Shown here piece by piece: positions 8,566-15,870 of a stretch of 56,722 nt of DNA. The position numbers were made by a program, and so were the translations under genes. This stretch comes from Candidatus Micrarchaeia archaeon (GTDB lineage Archaea; Micrarchaeota; Micrarchaeia; Anstonellales; Bilamarchaeaceae): contig JAWOLP010000022.1 of the NCBI GenBank assembly GCA_033853355.1, forward strand, positions 1 through 56,722. Direction: 5' to 3'. The notes below the pieces were generated by a model. That model worked only from the letters and a program-made list of their open reading frames with translations, was not told the DNA's origin and ran no database searches. The number at the start of each line of letters is the position of its first letter. The first letter of the stretch is position 1.

Positions 8566-9702
8566 TCAGATCGCCCATGCCGCGTTCTCGTAACGGCCGT
8601 CCAGGATATTTTTCGCTTCGACCGAACCGCTCGCCCTAAGCGCGTCCTTGTCAGCCTCGGACCGGAACGTATAAACGAGGTGGTAGAGGATGTTACCCTT
8701 GTTGCCGTCCATGCGCTCGGTCTGGGAGAGAAGGTCCAGGCGGACCTTGCGGGTCCGGTCCGGGTCTTTCCGCGCCAATATCTCTATCGCGCTGGCGACG
8801 CTCGACATCAGCCATCTCCCCATGTCGTTGACCCAGAACAGCGGGTTCGCCGCGAGCCGCTCGGCTGAAGGCACGAAGTCCATGCCGAGCGAAGGGGCCG
8901 GCAACCTCTTCTTCTGCGCGGAATCATAGAGCGTGAAGAGATCGCCGTGCCCGACAGGCGCATTGTAATCCAGGGACACGAGCGCCTCGAGGAACGGCTC
9001 CAGCCTCCTGTCCGTGATGAGGGGCATCGTCCTCACCAGGGCCTCCAGCTGCGAATGCGCTATCGCGAAATCCGAACAGCTGACGTGGTCGCAGTGCTGC
9101 GGCCTCATCGCCACGTATCGTTCCGCCATCGACCTGAAAACATCGAAAGCGGCGTCGGAGAGCGTCCTGCCTTTGAGGAAGTCTTCGAGCTTTTTTTCAA
9201 GCGCCAGGCGGTAATCGAGCGATGAAACATAGAAATAATCCCGATCGTGCGAGTGCTTCCCGCGCGCGGCATCGAGTGCTGGCCGGGACAGGTAGGACGC
9301 CATGAAGGCCGATTCGTCTTCAGGAAGCGCGACGGCGGCCGGTTTCGGGAGGAGCAGCGAGCTGACCACACCGCTGAATATCGTTCCGCGGACCATGGAA
9401 TCATCCTCTGACGGATGGTATCGGAGATAGCTGGACCTGTGGAGGTATAGCTCGTAGAACCCCCGGAGGCCCTCGTTCTTCTCGATCCCGGCCAGGATCG
9501 CCGCGCGCGCCGGGGCGGAATAGCTCCTCTCGCCCAGGACTATCTTCTGAAGCTCTTTTATCGCGGCCGCGTCGTTGCCGCGCACGCCCTTGGCAAGCAG
9601 CGGCAGCGCCCGGCTCAACTTCTCCGGATCGGGCTTCTTCGGCAAGACCCTCAACACCCCCATCCGGCTCTTCCCAAGATCATAAGCTATCTGCTTCTGC
9701 AT
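8566..9702 (-). CDS. Hypothetical protein (378 aa)
   Basis: Long ORF with normal composition. TATA-like TATATTTAAA (about 9733-9742) roughly 30 nt upstream of ATG 9702. No motif recognised. Confidence 0.6.
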   Translation of the reverse strand: MQKQIAYDLGKSRMGVLRVLPKKPDPEKLSRALPLLAKGVRGNDAAAIKELQKIVLGERSYSAPARAAILAGIEKNEGLRGFYELYLHRSSYLRYHPSEDDSMVRGTIFSGVVSSLLLPKPAAVALPEDESAFMASYLSRPALDAARGKHSHDRDYFYVSSLDYRLALEKKLEDFLKGRTLSDAAFDVFRSMAERYVAMRPQHCDHVSCSDFAIAHSQLEALVRTMPLITDRRLEPFLEALVSLDYNAPVGHGDLFTLYDSAQKKRLPAPSLGMDFVPSAERLAANPLFWVNDMGRWLMSSVASAIEILARKDPDRTRKVRLDLLSQTERMDGNKGNILYHLVYTFRSEADKDALRASGSVEAKNILDGRYENAAWAI

Positions 9703-9980
9703 TCAATCACGTCAGGGAAATGGAGCGAAAGTATATTTAAATCGATGTTTTTACACTGACTAACACAATAATGCTTCTAGGCTAGGAGTAGAATAAAAGC
9801 CGGGTAGAGGAATTGTCCGTTCAACCTTTTGGCTTATCCTGTGCCTATGGCAAAAGCTTGACCAAAAGCCATGAGGATCAGCTCGTCCTCAGGGCTTTTT
9901 CCAGGGTTTTTGCCAGAAGCTTGACAGAAGCCAAAAAGCCTCATTGAACCCCTCTACTCCGCTATCTGCGAGTTTTTGGC

Positions 9981-10003
9981 GCACCTTTTTCCTAAAAAGG
10001 TGC
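9981..10003. repeat. Perfect 10-bp stem / 3-nt loop hairpin
   Basis: GCACCTTTTT-CCT-AAAAAGGTGC. Lies within the unassigned structured intergenic region 9785-10125. Confidence 0.8.
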
Positions 10004-10125
10004 GGCTGCAGGCGGATGCATAGCCGATCTGCCAACCCGGCGCGAGATTGCTGCTGGCTTGAACGGAAAGCCATCCAAGGCCAGCCCGGCTGAAGAGGAT
10101 TAGAAGTCGAAGGGTTAAAATGCCT

Positions 10126-10290
10126 TTAGGCCCTGCGGTTGGTGCCCTGCAGGACGCGGTCGAGGTTCTCGGAGTTGCGCTCGGCGGACTTCCTGACGAT
10201 GTCTTCCATCAGGAGGGAGAGGGTATGGAGCCTGGCGCTCTCTACGGCGGATGAACCGGACGGATTGGAGGAATGCAACAGGTGTGCCAT
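10126..10290 (-). CDS. Possible small protein (54 aa)
   Basis: Internal ATG (M36 of track ORF 10126..10395) lies about 25 nt downstream of the minus-strand TATA-like TTTTTAAACA. The composition is helical (LLMEDIVRKSAERNSENLDRVL). The longer version would run into the tRNA promoter. Confidence 0.3.
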   Translation of the reverse strand: MAHLLHSSNPSGSSAVESARLHTLSLLMEDIVRKSAERNSENLDRVLQGTNRRA

Positions 10291-10374
10291 GGTAATAATG
10301 TGGACAAAAGTGTTTAAAAAGGTATCATTAGGGATGCCGTCCGCTGTGGAGGGCGACGAGCCGGGGGTGGCGCG

Positions 10375-10382
10375 TTTAAAAA
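10375..10382 (+). promoter_or_regulatory. TATA box for tRNA-Lys
   Basis: TTTAAAAA centred about 28 nt upstream of tRNA position 1 (10407). Confidence 0.6.
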
Positions 10383-10406
10383 CAATACCGGCCATTTTCT
10401 TTCGAA

Positions 10407-10537
10407 GGGCTCATAGCTCAGCTTGGTAGAGCGTCGGACTTTTAATTTCGGGAAAGGCGGATAGCCAAACGGTTTTGGGGCGCCTTTTCCCAAAAGGCGC
10501 GATCCGCAGGTCGGGGGTTCAAATCCCCCTGAGCCCG
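10407..10537 (+). tRNA. tRNA-Lys (anticodon UUU) with a ~57-nt intron
   Basis: Hand-folded cloverleaf. Acceptor GGGCTCA/TGAGCCC. D stem GCTC/GAGC. Anticodon stem TCGGA/TCCGC with one T-C mismatch at 27:43. Loop CTTTTAA (anticodon TTT at 10441-10443). T arm GGGGG-TTCAAAT-CCCCC. Discriminator G. No encoded CCA. Confidence 0.88.
10445..10501 (+). other. tRNA intron at the canonical 37/38 position
   Basis: An insert follows A37. It contains its own hairpins (GGGAAAGGCG...CGCCTTTTCCC and GGCGCCTTTTCCCAAAAGGCGC). The boundary is ambiguous by 1 nt because an A flanks both junctions. No C/D box motifs seen. Confidence 0.75.
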
Positions 10538-10557
10538 TTTTTGTTCAGTTCCCAGGC

Positions 10558-10851
10558 TCAGTCCGACGTGGACTTCCAGTTGCCGCCCCAGTTCTTGAAG
10601 AAGCCGGCGATGAACCCCAGCATGGCGCCAATCGAGACGAGGTCCGGGGACTGGATGTTGAAGACGGACGTGAATCCCTGCTTCACCGCCTGTCCCAGTA
10701 TCGGAGTGTAGCTCAGTATCCAGCCGGTTATCGCCCCCATCAGCGCGCCGATTATCGCGAAGAGGAAGATGGCGAATATCCCGATGAGCACGGCGACAAG
10801 GCCGACGACCCCTGCTATCACCGCGCCCCAAATGACGCTCATGAATTTCAT
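10558..10851 (-). CDS. Small integral membrane protein (97 aa)
   Basis: Three glycine-rich hydrophobic helices (VIWGAVIAGVVGLVAVLIGIFAIFLFAIIGALMGAITGWIL). Start taken at MKFMSV. The upstream 21 codons of the track ORF are R/P-rich. Confidence 0.55.
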   Translation of the reverse strand: MKFMSVIWGAVIAGVVGLVAVLIGIFAIFLFAIIGALMGAITGWILSYTPILGQAVKQGFTSVFNIQSPDLVSIGAMLGFIAGFFKNWGGNWKSTSD

Positions 10852-10882
10852 CCGATCACCGATACCGATGAGAAGAGCGGGT

Positions 10883-11422
10883 TTATACGGATTGGGGTCC
10901 CGGCATCTGCGCAAGGACCAGGGAAGCCGCGTCAGGATAGCATGTGAAGCGGCCTGCGTTGAGGCAAAGCTCCGACCGGTCCATCACCGGGAACCGCAGC
11001 AGGCCGGCTCGGTGGAAGAGGATGTCCTCCGTGGTCGACACCACGTACTCATTCCTGATCGCGTCTATGACGGTGTCCCGGACGCACAGGTGGCTCACCC
11101 ACCCCCCGATTATCAGCGCGTCGACGCGGAGATCCTCGAGATGCCTCTCGAACTCGGCCAGGGTGAAGGCGCTCATGAGGCTCTTGAGGAAACGGGGAGC
11201 CTCAGCGCCAGCCGCCGCTGCGAGCTCCGGGAGCAGCGTGGGATGGGACCTGTACATCACGAAGATGGACGGAATGCCGGTGCGCCTTGCCGAAGCCACG
11301 ACCGATGAGAGGACCGCTATCCCCTCCTCGGCGCAGTCGCGCCGCCATCCCATCTTGTCGCGGTCCTCCTGGGCCATGTCTATGACGAGCAAGGCGGCCT
11401 TCCGCGACACGAGCGCACTCAT
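10883..11422 (-). CDS. Isochorismatase-family cysteine hydrolase
   Basis: AALLVIDMAQED, SAFTLAEFERHLEDLRVDALIIGGWVSHLCVRDT. The catalytic D, K and C positions follow the family pattern. Confidence 0.8.
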   Translation of the reverse strand: MSALVSRKAALLVIDMAQEDRDKMGWRRDCAEEGIAVLSSVVASARRTGIPSIFVMYRSHPTLLPELAAAAGAEAPRFLKSLMSAFTLAEFERHLEDLRVDALIIGGWVSHLCVRDTVIDAIRNEYVVSTTEDILFHRAGLLRFPVMDRSELCLNAGRFTCYPDAASLVLAQMPGPQSV

Positions 11423-11463
11423 ATGGCATGAAGTGATGGGATATGGTTAAAAAGCGAGCCGGC

Positions 11464-12021
11464 TCACATCTGACCGGACTGGCGGGATGCGGATAGCTCT
11501 TCGGATGTCTCCAGGAGGGAGCACTCCCTCCGGAACCATTCGAGGCACATCCGCCTCGCCTGCAGGTTCAGGAGCTCCCGGTTCCCGAAAAGGATCTGGT
11601 CGGAGGTCCTGATGCGATAGCCGAGGGAGACGGCCTCGGAGGCGGTCGCCATCACGCATAGGTGGCGGATCCATCCGCCGAGAACTATCGTGTCTATGTC
11701 GTAGGCGTTCAGTATCGTCTGGAAGTCCGGCGCGGAGAAAGCGCTCATCTTGGGCTTCCCCACCGTGAGGGCGTCAGGCCCTGAGGCGAGCGCTATCTCG
11801 CGGAAGACCTCGCGGGAGCGGGTGCCGGTCACGAGTATCAGCGGCATCCGCGCGGAGCGGAAGGAGGCTATCACGTCGGTGGTCCGCCGGATCCCTTCGG
11901 AGAGCGGGCCGTGCTCGTAAGTGAACATGCCCCGGTCCTTCTCCAGCATGTCCACGAGGACGAGGGCGGGGCGCGTGGGCTTGCCAACCTTCGCATGCAC
12001 TGGGTCGATGAAGCCTGGCAT
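11464..12021 (-). CDS. Isochorismatase-family cysteine hydrolase (tandem paralogue)
   Basis: PALVLVDMLEKD, SAFSAPDFQTILNAYDIDTIVLGGWIRHLCVMAT. Clearly paralogous to the neighbouring ORF. Confidence 0.8.
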   Translation of the reverse strand: MPGFIDPVHAKVGKPTRPALVLVDMLEKDRGMFTYEHGPLSEGIRRTTDVIASFRSARMPLILVTGTRSREVFREIALASGPDALTVGKPKMSAFSAPDFQTILNAYDIDTIVLGGWIRHLCVMATASEAVSLGYRIRTSDQILFGNRELLNLQARRMCLEWFRRECSLLETSEELSASRQSGQM

Positions 12022-12148
12022 GGTTATAATGTGTCTAGAAGAGGTTATTAAAGGATAAGAAATGAGAAAAGGAAGGGGACGATGAATGCTTAAGCTGACG
12101 CCGAGCCCTCAGTAGAGTGGCAGAAGTCCTGGCTGCGAGGCGTCAATG

Positions 12149-13558
12149 TCAAACGTCGTGGTATAGGTGGAACTCCCACGGGTGCGGCCTCATCCTCACC
12201 TGGTCGAGCTCCTTGCGCCTCTTGTGGTCGATCCAGGTCTCGATGACGTCCTTGGTGAACACGCCGCCCTGGAGGAGGTAATCGTGGTCGCTCTCGAGCT
12301 CGGAGAGGGCCTCCTCCAGCGTGCCCGGGAGCTTCTTTATCTTCGCAGCCCTCTCGGCCGGCATGTGGTAGATGTTCTCGGTCACGGCTTCCCCTGGATC
12401 CAGCTTCCTCTTAATCCCGTCCAGGCCCGCCATCAGCATGGCAGAGAAGGCCAGGTAGGGGTTCGCCGCCGGGTCCGGCGGCCGGTATTCCACCCTCCTC
12501 GACGCGGTGTTGGAAGCCTCGGTGACCGGTATCCTCACTGCGGCGCTCCGGTTTCCAAGGCTGTACGCGAGGTTCACCGGGGCCTCGAAGCCCGGCACCA
12601 GCCTCTTGTACGAGTTGGTGGTCGGCGAGAGGAGCGCCGCCATCGAACGCGCATGCGAGAGCAGCCCGCCGACGTAGTAGAGCGCTTCCTGGCTCAGCCC
12701 GCCCATCCCGTCCCCGCTGAAAAGGTTCTTTCCGTCCTTCCAGACGCTCTGGTGGCAGTGCATCCCTGAGCCGTTGTCGTTGAAGAGCGGCTTGGGCATG
12801 AACGTCGCCACGCGGTCGTGGTTGCGCGCCACGTTCTTCACGATGTACTTGAAGAGCATCATGTCGTCGGCCGCCTTCTTCAGGCTGTTGAAGCGGTAGT
12901 TGATCTCGCACTGCCCGGCGGTCGCGACCTCGTGGTGGTGGCGCTCGACCTTGAGGCCGCACTGCATCATCGTCCGGACCATGTCGTTGCGGATCTCGTG
13001 CACCGAGTCGTTAGGGGGGGCGGGGAAATACCCTTCCTTGTACCGCGGCTTGTAGGCGAGATTGGGCCCTTCACCCTCGCCGGAGTTCCATATCCCCTCC
13101 TCGGAATCGACCTGGTAGAAGCCCGAGTTCTCGTTCTGGCTGAAGCGGAGGTCGTCGAAGATGAAGAACTCGGCCTCAGGACCGAAATAGGCCGTGTCGC
13201 CGACGCCGCTGGACCTGAGGCGTTCCTCGGCCCTGTTGGCTATCACACGCGGGTCGCGGTCGAAATACTTCCTCGAGTGCGGGTCGTACACGTCGCATAC
13301 GACCGAGAGGCTCTTCGTGGAGAATGGGTCCGGCATCGCGGTCGAGTAGTCCAGGTGCAGGAACATGTCGCTCTCGTTTATCTCCTTGAAGCCGCGGATC
13401 GAGGAGCCGTCGAACGGCACAACCTCGCTCTCGACGAACTTCATGTACGACGTGGGCAGCGTGAGGTGCTGCCACTGGCCGAAAAGGTCAGAGAACTTGA
13501 CGTCGACAAAATCCATCTTCTCCATGTCAGCTAGCGCTTTGGCCGATTTCGCATCCAT
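12149..13558 (-). CDS. glnA: Glutamine synthetase, type I
   Basis: VVPFDGSSIRGF, KPLFNDNGSGMHCHQS, NSYKRLVPGFEAP and NRSAAVRIP motifs. Start set at M176 of the track ORF (MDAKSAKAL...). The upstream 175 codons are R/P/G/V-rich and overlap lrp antisense. Confidence 0.95.
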   Translation of the reverse strand: MDAKSAKALADMEKMDFVDVKFSDLFGQWQHLTLPTSYMKFVESEVVPFDGSSIRGFKEINESDMFLHLDYSTAMPDPFSTKSLSVVCDVYDPHSRKYFDRDPRVIANRAEERLRSSGVGDTAYFGPEAEFFIFDDLRFSQNENSGFYQVDSEEGIWNSGEGEGPNLAYKPRYKEGYFPAPPNDSVHEIRNDMVRTMMQCGLKVERHHHEVATAGQCEINYRFNSLKKAADDMMLFKYIVKNVARNHDRVATFMPKPLFNDNGSGMHCHQSVWKDGKNLFSGDGMGGLSQEALYYVGGLLSHARSMAALLSPTTNSYKRLVPGFEAPVNLAYSLGNRSAAVRIPVTEASNTASRRVEYRPPDPAANPYLAFSAMLMAGLDGIKRKLDPGEAVTENIYHMPAERAAKIKKLPGTLEEALSELESDHDYLLQGGVFTKDVIETWIDHKRRKELDQVRMRPHPWEFHLYHDV

Positions 13559-13666
13559 CTTACCGAACCTCTGGTCCTGTGCCTCCCGCACAGTTGATAC
13601 GCTGGTTATGATGGTAAAGAATAAATATATGCTTGATTTCGAAAAGACCGGACAAATGTAAGGAGC

Positions 13667-13674
13667 TTTTATAA
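13667..13674 (+). promoter_or_regulatory. TATA box for the lrp-like gene
   Basis: TTTTATAA centred about 29 nt upstream of ATG 13700. A second AT-rich box (AATAAATATAT, about 13620-13630) faces glnA. Confidence 0.55.
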
Positions 13675-13699
13675 GGATGACCCAGGTATGCACTAAAAT

Positions 13700-14164
13700 A
13701 TGCATGCAAAGGAGAAAAAACCGGACGAACTGGACGAGCGCATCCTGACCGAGCTGCTCCGCGACTCGAAGCGCTCCTACCGCAGGCTGGCCAAGGACAT
13801 CGGGATGTCGCCGACCGCCCTGATAGAGAGGATACGAACGCTCGAGAAGAACGGCTACATAACCGGGTACGGATGCAGGGTGAACTACTCCAAGCTCGGC
13901 TTCGAGTTCATGGCGCTGGTCGAGATAAGGCTGGCTGGCAAGGACATGCTCGCTATCGAGAGGAAGATCTCCAGGATACCGCACGTCGCGGCGGTCTGGG
14001 ACACCACCGGCGAGTACGACGCCGTCGCGATCCTGATGTGCAAGACGCGGAGCGACCTGAGCTCGATCGTCAAGAGGATACACGCGCTCGACGAGGTCGA
14101 GAGGACCAAGACCAACACGGTTCTGAACGTCGTGACCAGGCTGACGGAATTCTACGAGGTCTAG
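13700..14164 (+). CDS. lrp: Lrp/AsnC family transcriptional regulator
   Basis: 154 aa. N-terminal HTH (DERILTELLRDSKRSYRRLAKDIGMSPTALIERIRTLEKNGYI) plus a C-terminal RAM/AsnC_trans_reg domain. Divergent from glnA. Confidence 0.9.
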   Translation: MHAKEKKPDELDERILTELLRDSKRSYRRLAKDIGMSPTALIERIRTLEKNGYITGYGCRVNYSKLGFEFMALVEIRLAGKDMLAIERKISRIPHVAAVWDTTGEYDAVAILMCKTRSDLSSIVKRIHALDEVERTKTNTVLNVVTRLTEFYEV

Positions 14165-14169
14165 GCCGC

Positions 14170-15789
14170 TCAGTAGGGGGCGTTGCGCCGGTAGCCCAGC
14201 AGCTTCTCGATCGTGTGCTCATAAACAGCTCTGCCGATGAGGATGTCGATCATCGAGCGGGAGAGCTGCTGCGCCCTGGCCCCGCGCGCGTCGACGTAAA
14301 GGACGCGTATGCCGCTGATGGGCTGGAGGAGGGAGACCTTGGGGGAGAGGCTGAGGCCGCCGGTCAGGTCCACGTCGGCGCAGATGAGCGCCTCGCCGAC
14401 GCATGCCCGCTCAGGGACCACGACTTTCCTCGGGCTGAGCTCTCCGGCGATATAAAGGCTTATCGTCCTCTGCGGGCCCGTGTCGCTGCGGGTGAGCGGG
14501 AGGGCGGCCCTGCCGATCTTGCTGACCAGCCGGGTATACACCTCCCTCATCTGCGGGCTGCCCTTGTAAAGGAAGTGCGCAGCCCCGCCGTTCTCGGCGA
14601 AGTCCTCCATCTGGCGGTTGCGGACGATCGACTCCAGACCGACGTAGGAGGGGTCCTCGAAGGCCATGTCGATGTGGAACGACTGGTAGCCGTTGTCCTT
14701 GGGCTCCCTCACCATGTCCGTGAACATCTTATCCGGCCTCAGGCCGGCGCGAAGCTGCTGAAGCCCGCCGGTGATCGCCACGATCATGCCGGCGACCCGC
14801 TCGTAGTGGGCGAAGTCGTTCGGCCGCACGAGCTTCCCGTCCTTGGAGTCGAGCACAACGGTGAAGGCGACCAGGTCGTGCAGCTCCTCGACGACCGCCT
14901 GGATGCTCTGCCAGGTATGCCTCGAGTACCGGTCCGCCTTCTCCATGACTTTCCCCGGGTGCTTGCGCTCGCGCACCTTGATCTTGTACCGGTATCCCTC
15001 CCGGTCGAGGGCGTCCCGAAGCTGCGCCACCACCGCGCCCATGACGTGCTGGGACAGGGCGATGCGCTCCTGCAGGATGCTCAGCGCTCCGGTGACCGCG
15101 TCATGCGTCGAGCGGTCGACGTTGTAATAGTATATCTCGAAGAGGTCCCCGGCCAGGGCGCGGTAGCCGAGCATGTCGGCCAGGGGCGAATAGACGTTCT
15201 TCGCCGCCATCCCTATCAGCTCGTATTCGGTCCTCCCCCGCTGGCTGTCGAACACGTAGAATTTCGACGGATCGAGCCCTGAGAACTCGCCCTCTGACAC
15301 GCTGCCGTCCCTCCCGTACTGGACGAGATCGACCATCCGCGCCGGGAGGGCGAGCGAAGGCCTTCCGTCCGACCGTATGTTCAGGAGCTTGCCGTATATG
15401 TCCGGATCCTGGCGGCCCAGGTCGTTCTCGCGCAGCGCGTTGAATGTGTTATGGCCCTCCACCACATGGAGGTATTTAGCGAAATCCTCGGCCGGGAAGT
15501 CCCTGCAGACGGCGCGCTCCGCCTTGAACGGATGGAGCGCGAGGGTCGTCGCAAGCTTCTGGTTCAGGTCGTCAGGGTCGTCGTTCCCTTTGGGATCCTC
15601 GATCTTGTCGAATTCCAGGACGCGGTGCCTCTCGGCCGAATCTATGCCTCGCAGCACGTGGGGGAACGCCTTCTCCGCGCCGTTCTTCGCGTACAGGAGA
15701 TACGCCCGCCCCAGCATCTCGCTCATGCGCCGCGGATACTGCTTTCCTTCGGAAGTGTGCGTCCTGAACCCTGGAGGACCCTCTACCAT
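14170..15789 (-). CDS. RelA/SpoT-homologue (RSH) nucleotidyltransferase-domain protein with TGS-like C-terminus, divergent
   Basis: Synthetase-domain pattern: VRERKHPGKVMEKADR, ELHDLVAFTVVL, REPKDNGYQSFHIDM, LESIVRNRQMEDFAENGGAAHFLYKG. No HD hydrolase motif seen. Start set at M14 (MVEGPP), about 26 nt from TATA-like TTTATATAC. Confidence 0.7.
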   Translation of the reverse strand: MVEGPPGFRTHTSEGKQYPRRMSEMLGRAYLLYAKNGAEKAFPHVLRGIDSAERHRVLEFDKIEDPKGNDDPDDLNQKLATTLALHPFKAERAVCRDFPAEDFAKYLHVVEGHNTFNALRENDLGRQDPDIYGKLLNIRSDGRPSLALPARMVDLVQYGRDGSVSEGEFSGLDPSKFYVFDSQRGRTEYELIGMAAKNVYSPLADMLGYRALAGDLFEIYYYNVDRSTHDAVTGALSILQERIALSQHVMGAVVAQLRDALDREGYRYKIKVRERKHPGKVMEKADRYSRHTWQSIQAVVEELHDLVAFTVVLDSKDGKLVRPNDFAHYERVAGMIVAITGGLQQLRAGLRPDKMFTDMVREPKDNGYQSFHIDMAFEDPSYVGLESIVRNRQMEDFAENGGAAHFLYKGSPQMREVYTRLVSKIGRAALPLTRSDTGPQRTISLYIAGELSPRKVVVPERACVGEALICADVDLTGGLSLSPKVSLLQPISGIRVLYVDARGARAQQLSRSMIDILIGRAVYEHTIEKLLGYRRNAPY

Positions 15790-15870
15790 GAATGTATATT
15801 GTCTGAAACTGTATATAAAGATATGCAAAAGTGGAAGATGTATGATGGCTGAAGCGGGAGCGGACCCTCT

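Noticed and set aside
9848-9940. CRISPR array
   Set aside because: There are only two imperfect copies of a ~23-30-nt unit with an indel, no regular spacing and no cas genes in the window.
9785-10125. RNase P RNA
   Set aside because: GGAAAGCC (about 10065) and ACAGAAGCC (about 9924) resemble the CR-I and CR-V elements. They occur in the wrong 5'-to-3' order on the plus strand and are absent on the minus strand, and no P4-type pairing could be built.
13559-14083. N-terminal 175-codon extension of the glnA ORF (track ORF 12149..14083)
   Set aside because: Glutamine synthetase homology starts at MDAKSAKAL (13558). The extension is R/P/G/V-rich. It lies antisense over the well-supported lrp gene and crosses the AT-rich promoter region.
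13873-15282. 469-aa plus-strand ORF
   Set aside because: It begins out of frame inside lrp and continues antisense to the RSH-like gene. R/G/D/A-rich with no motif.
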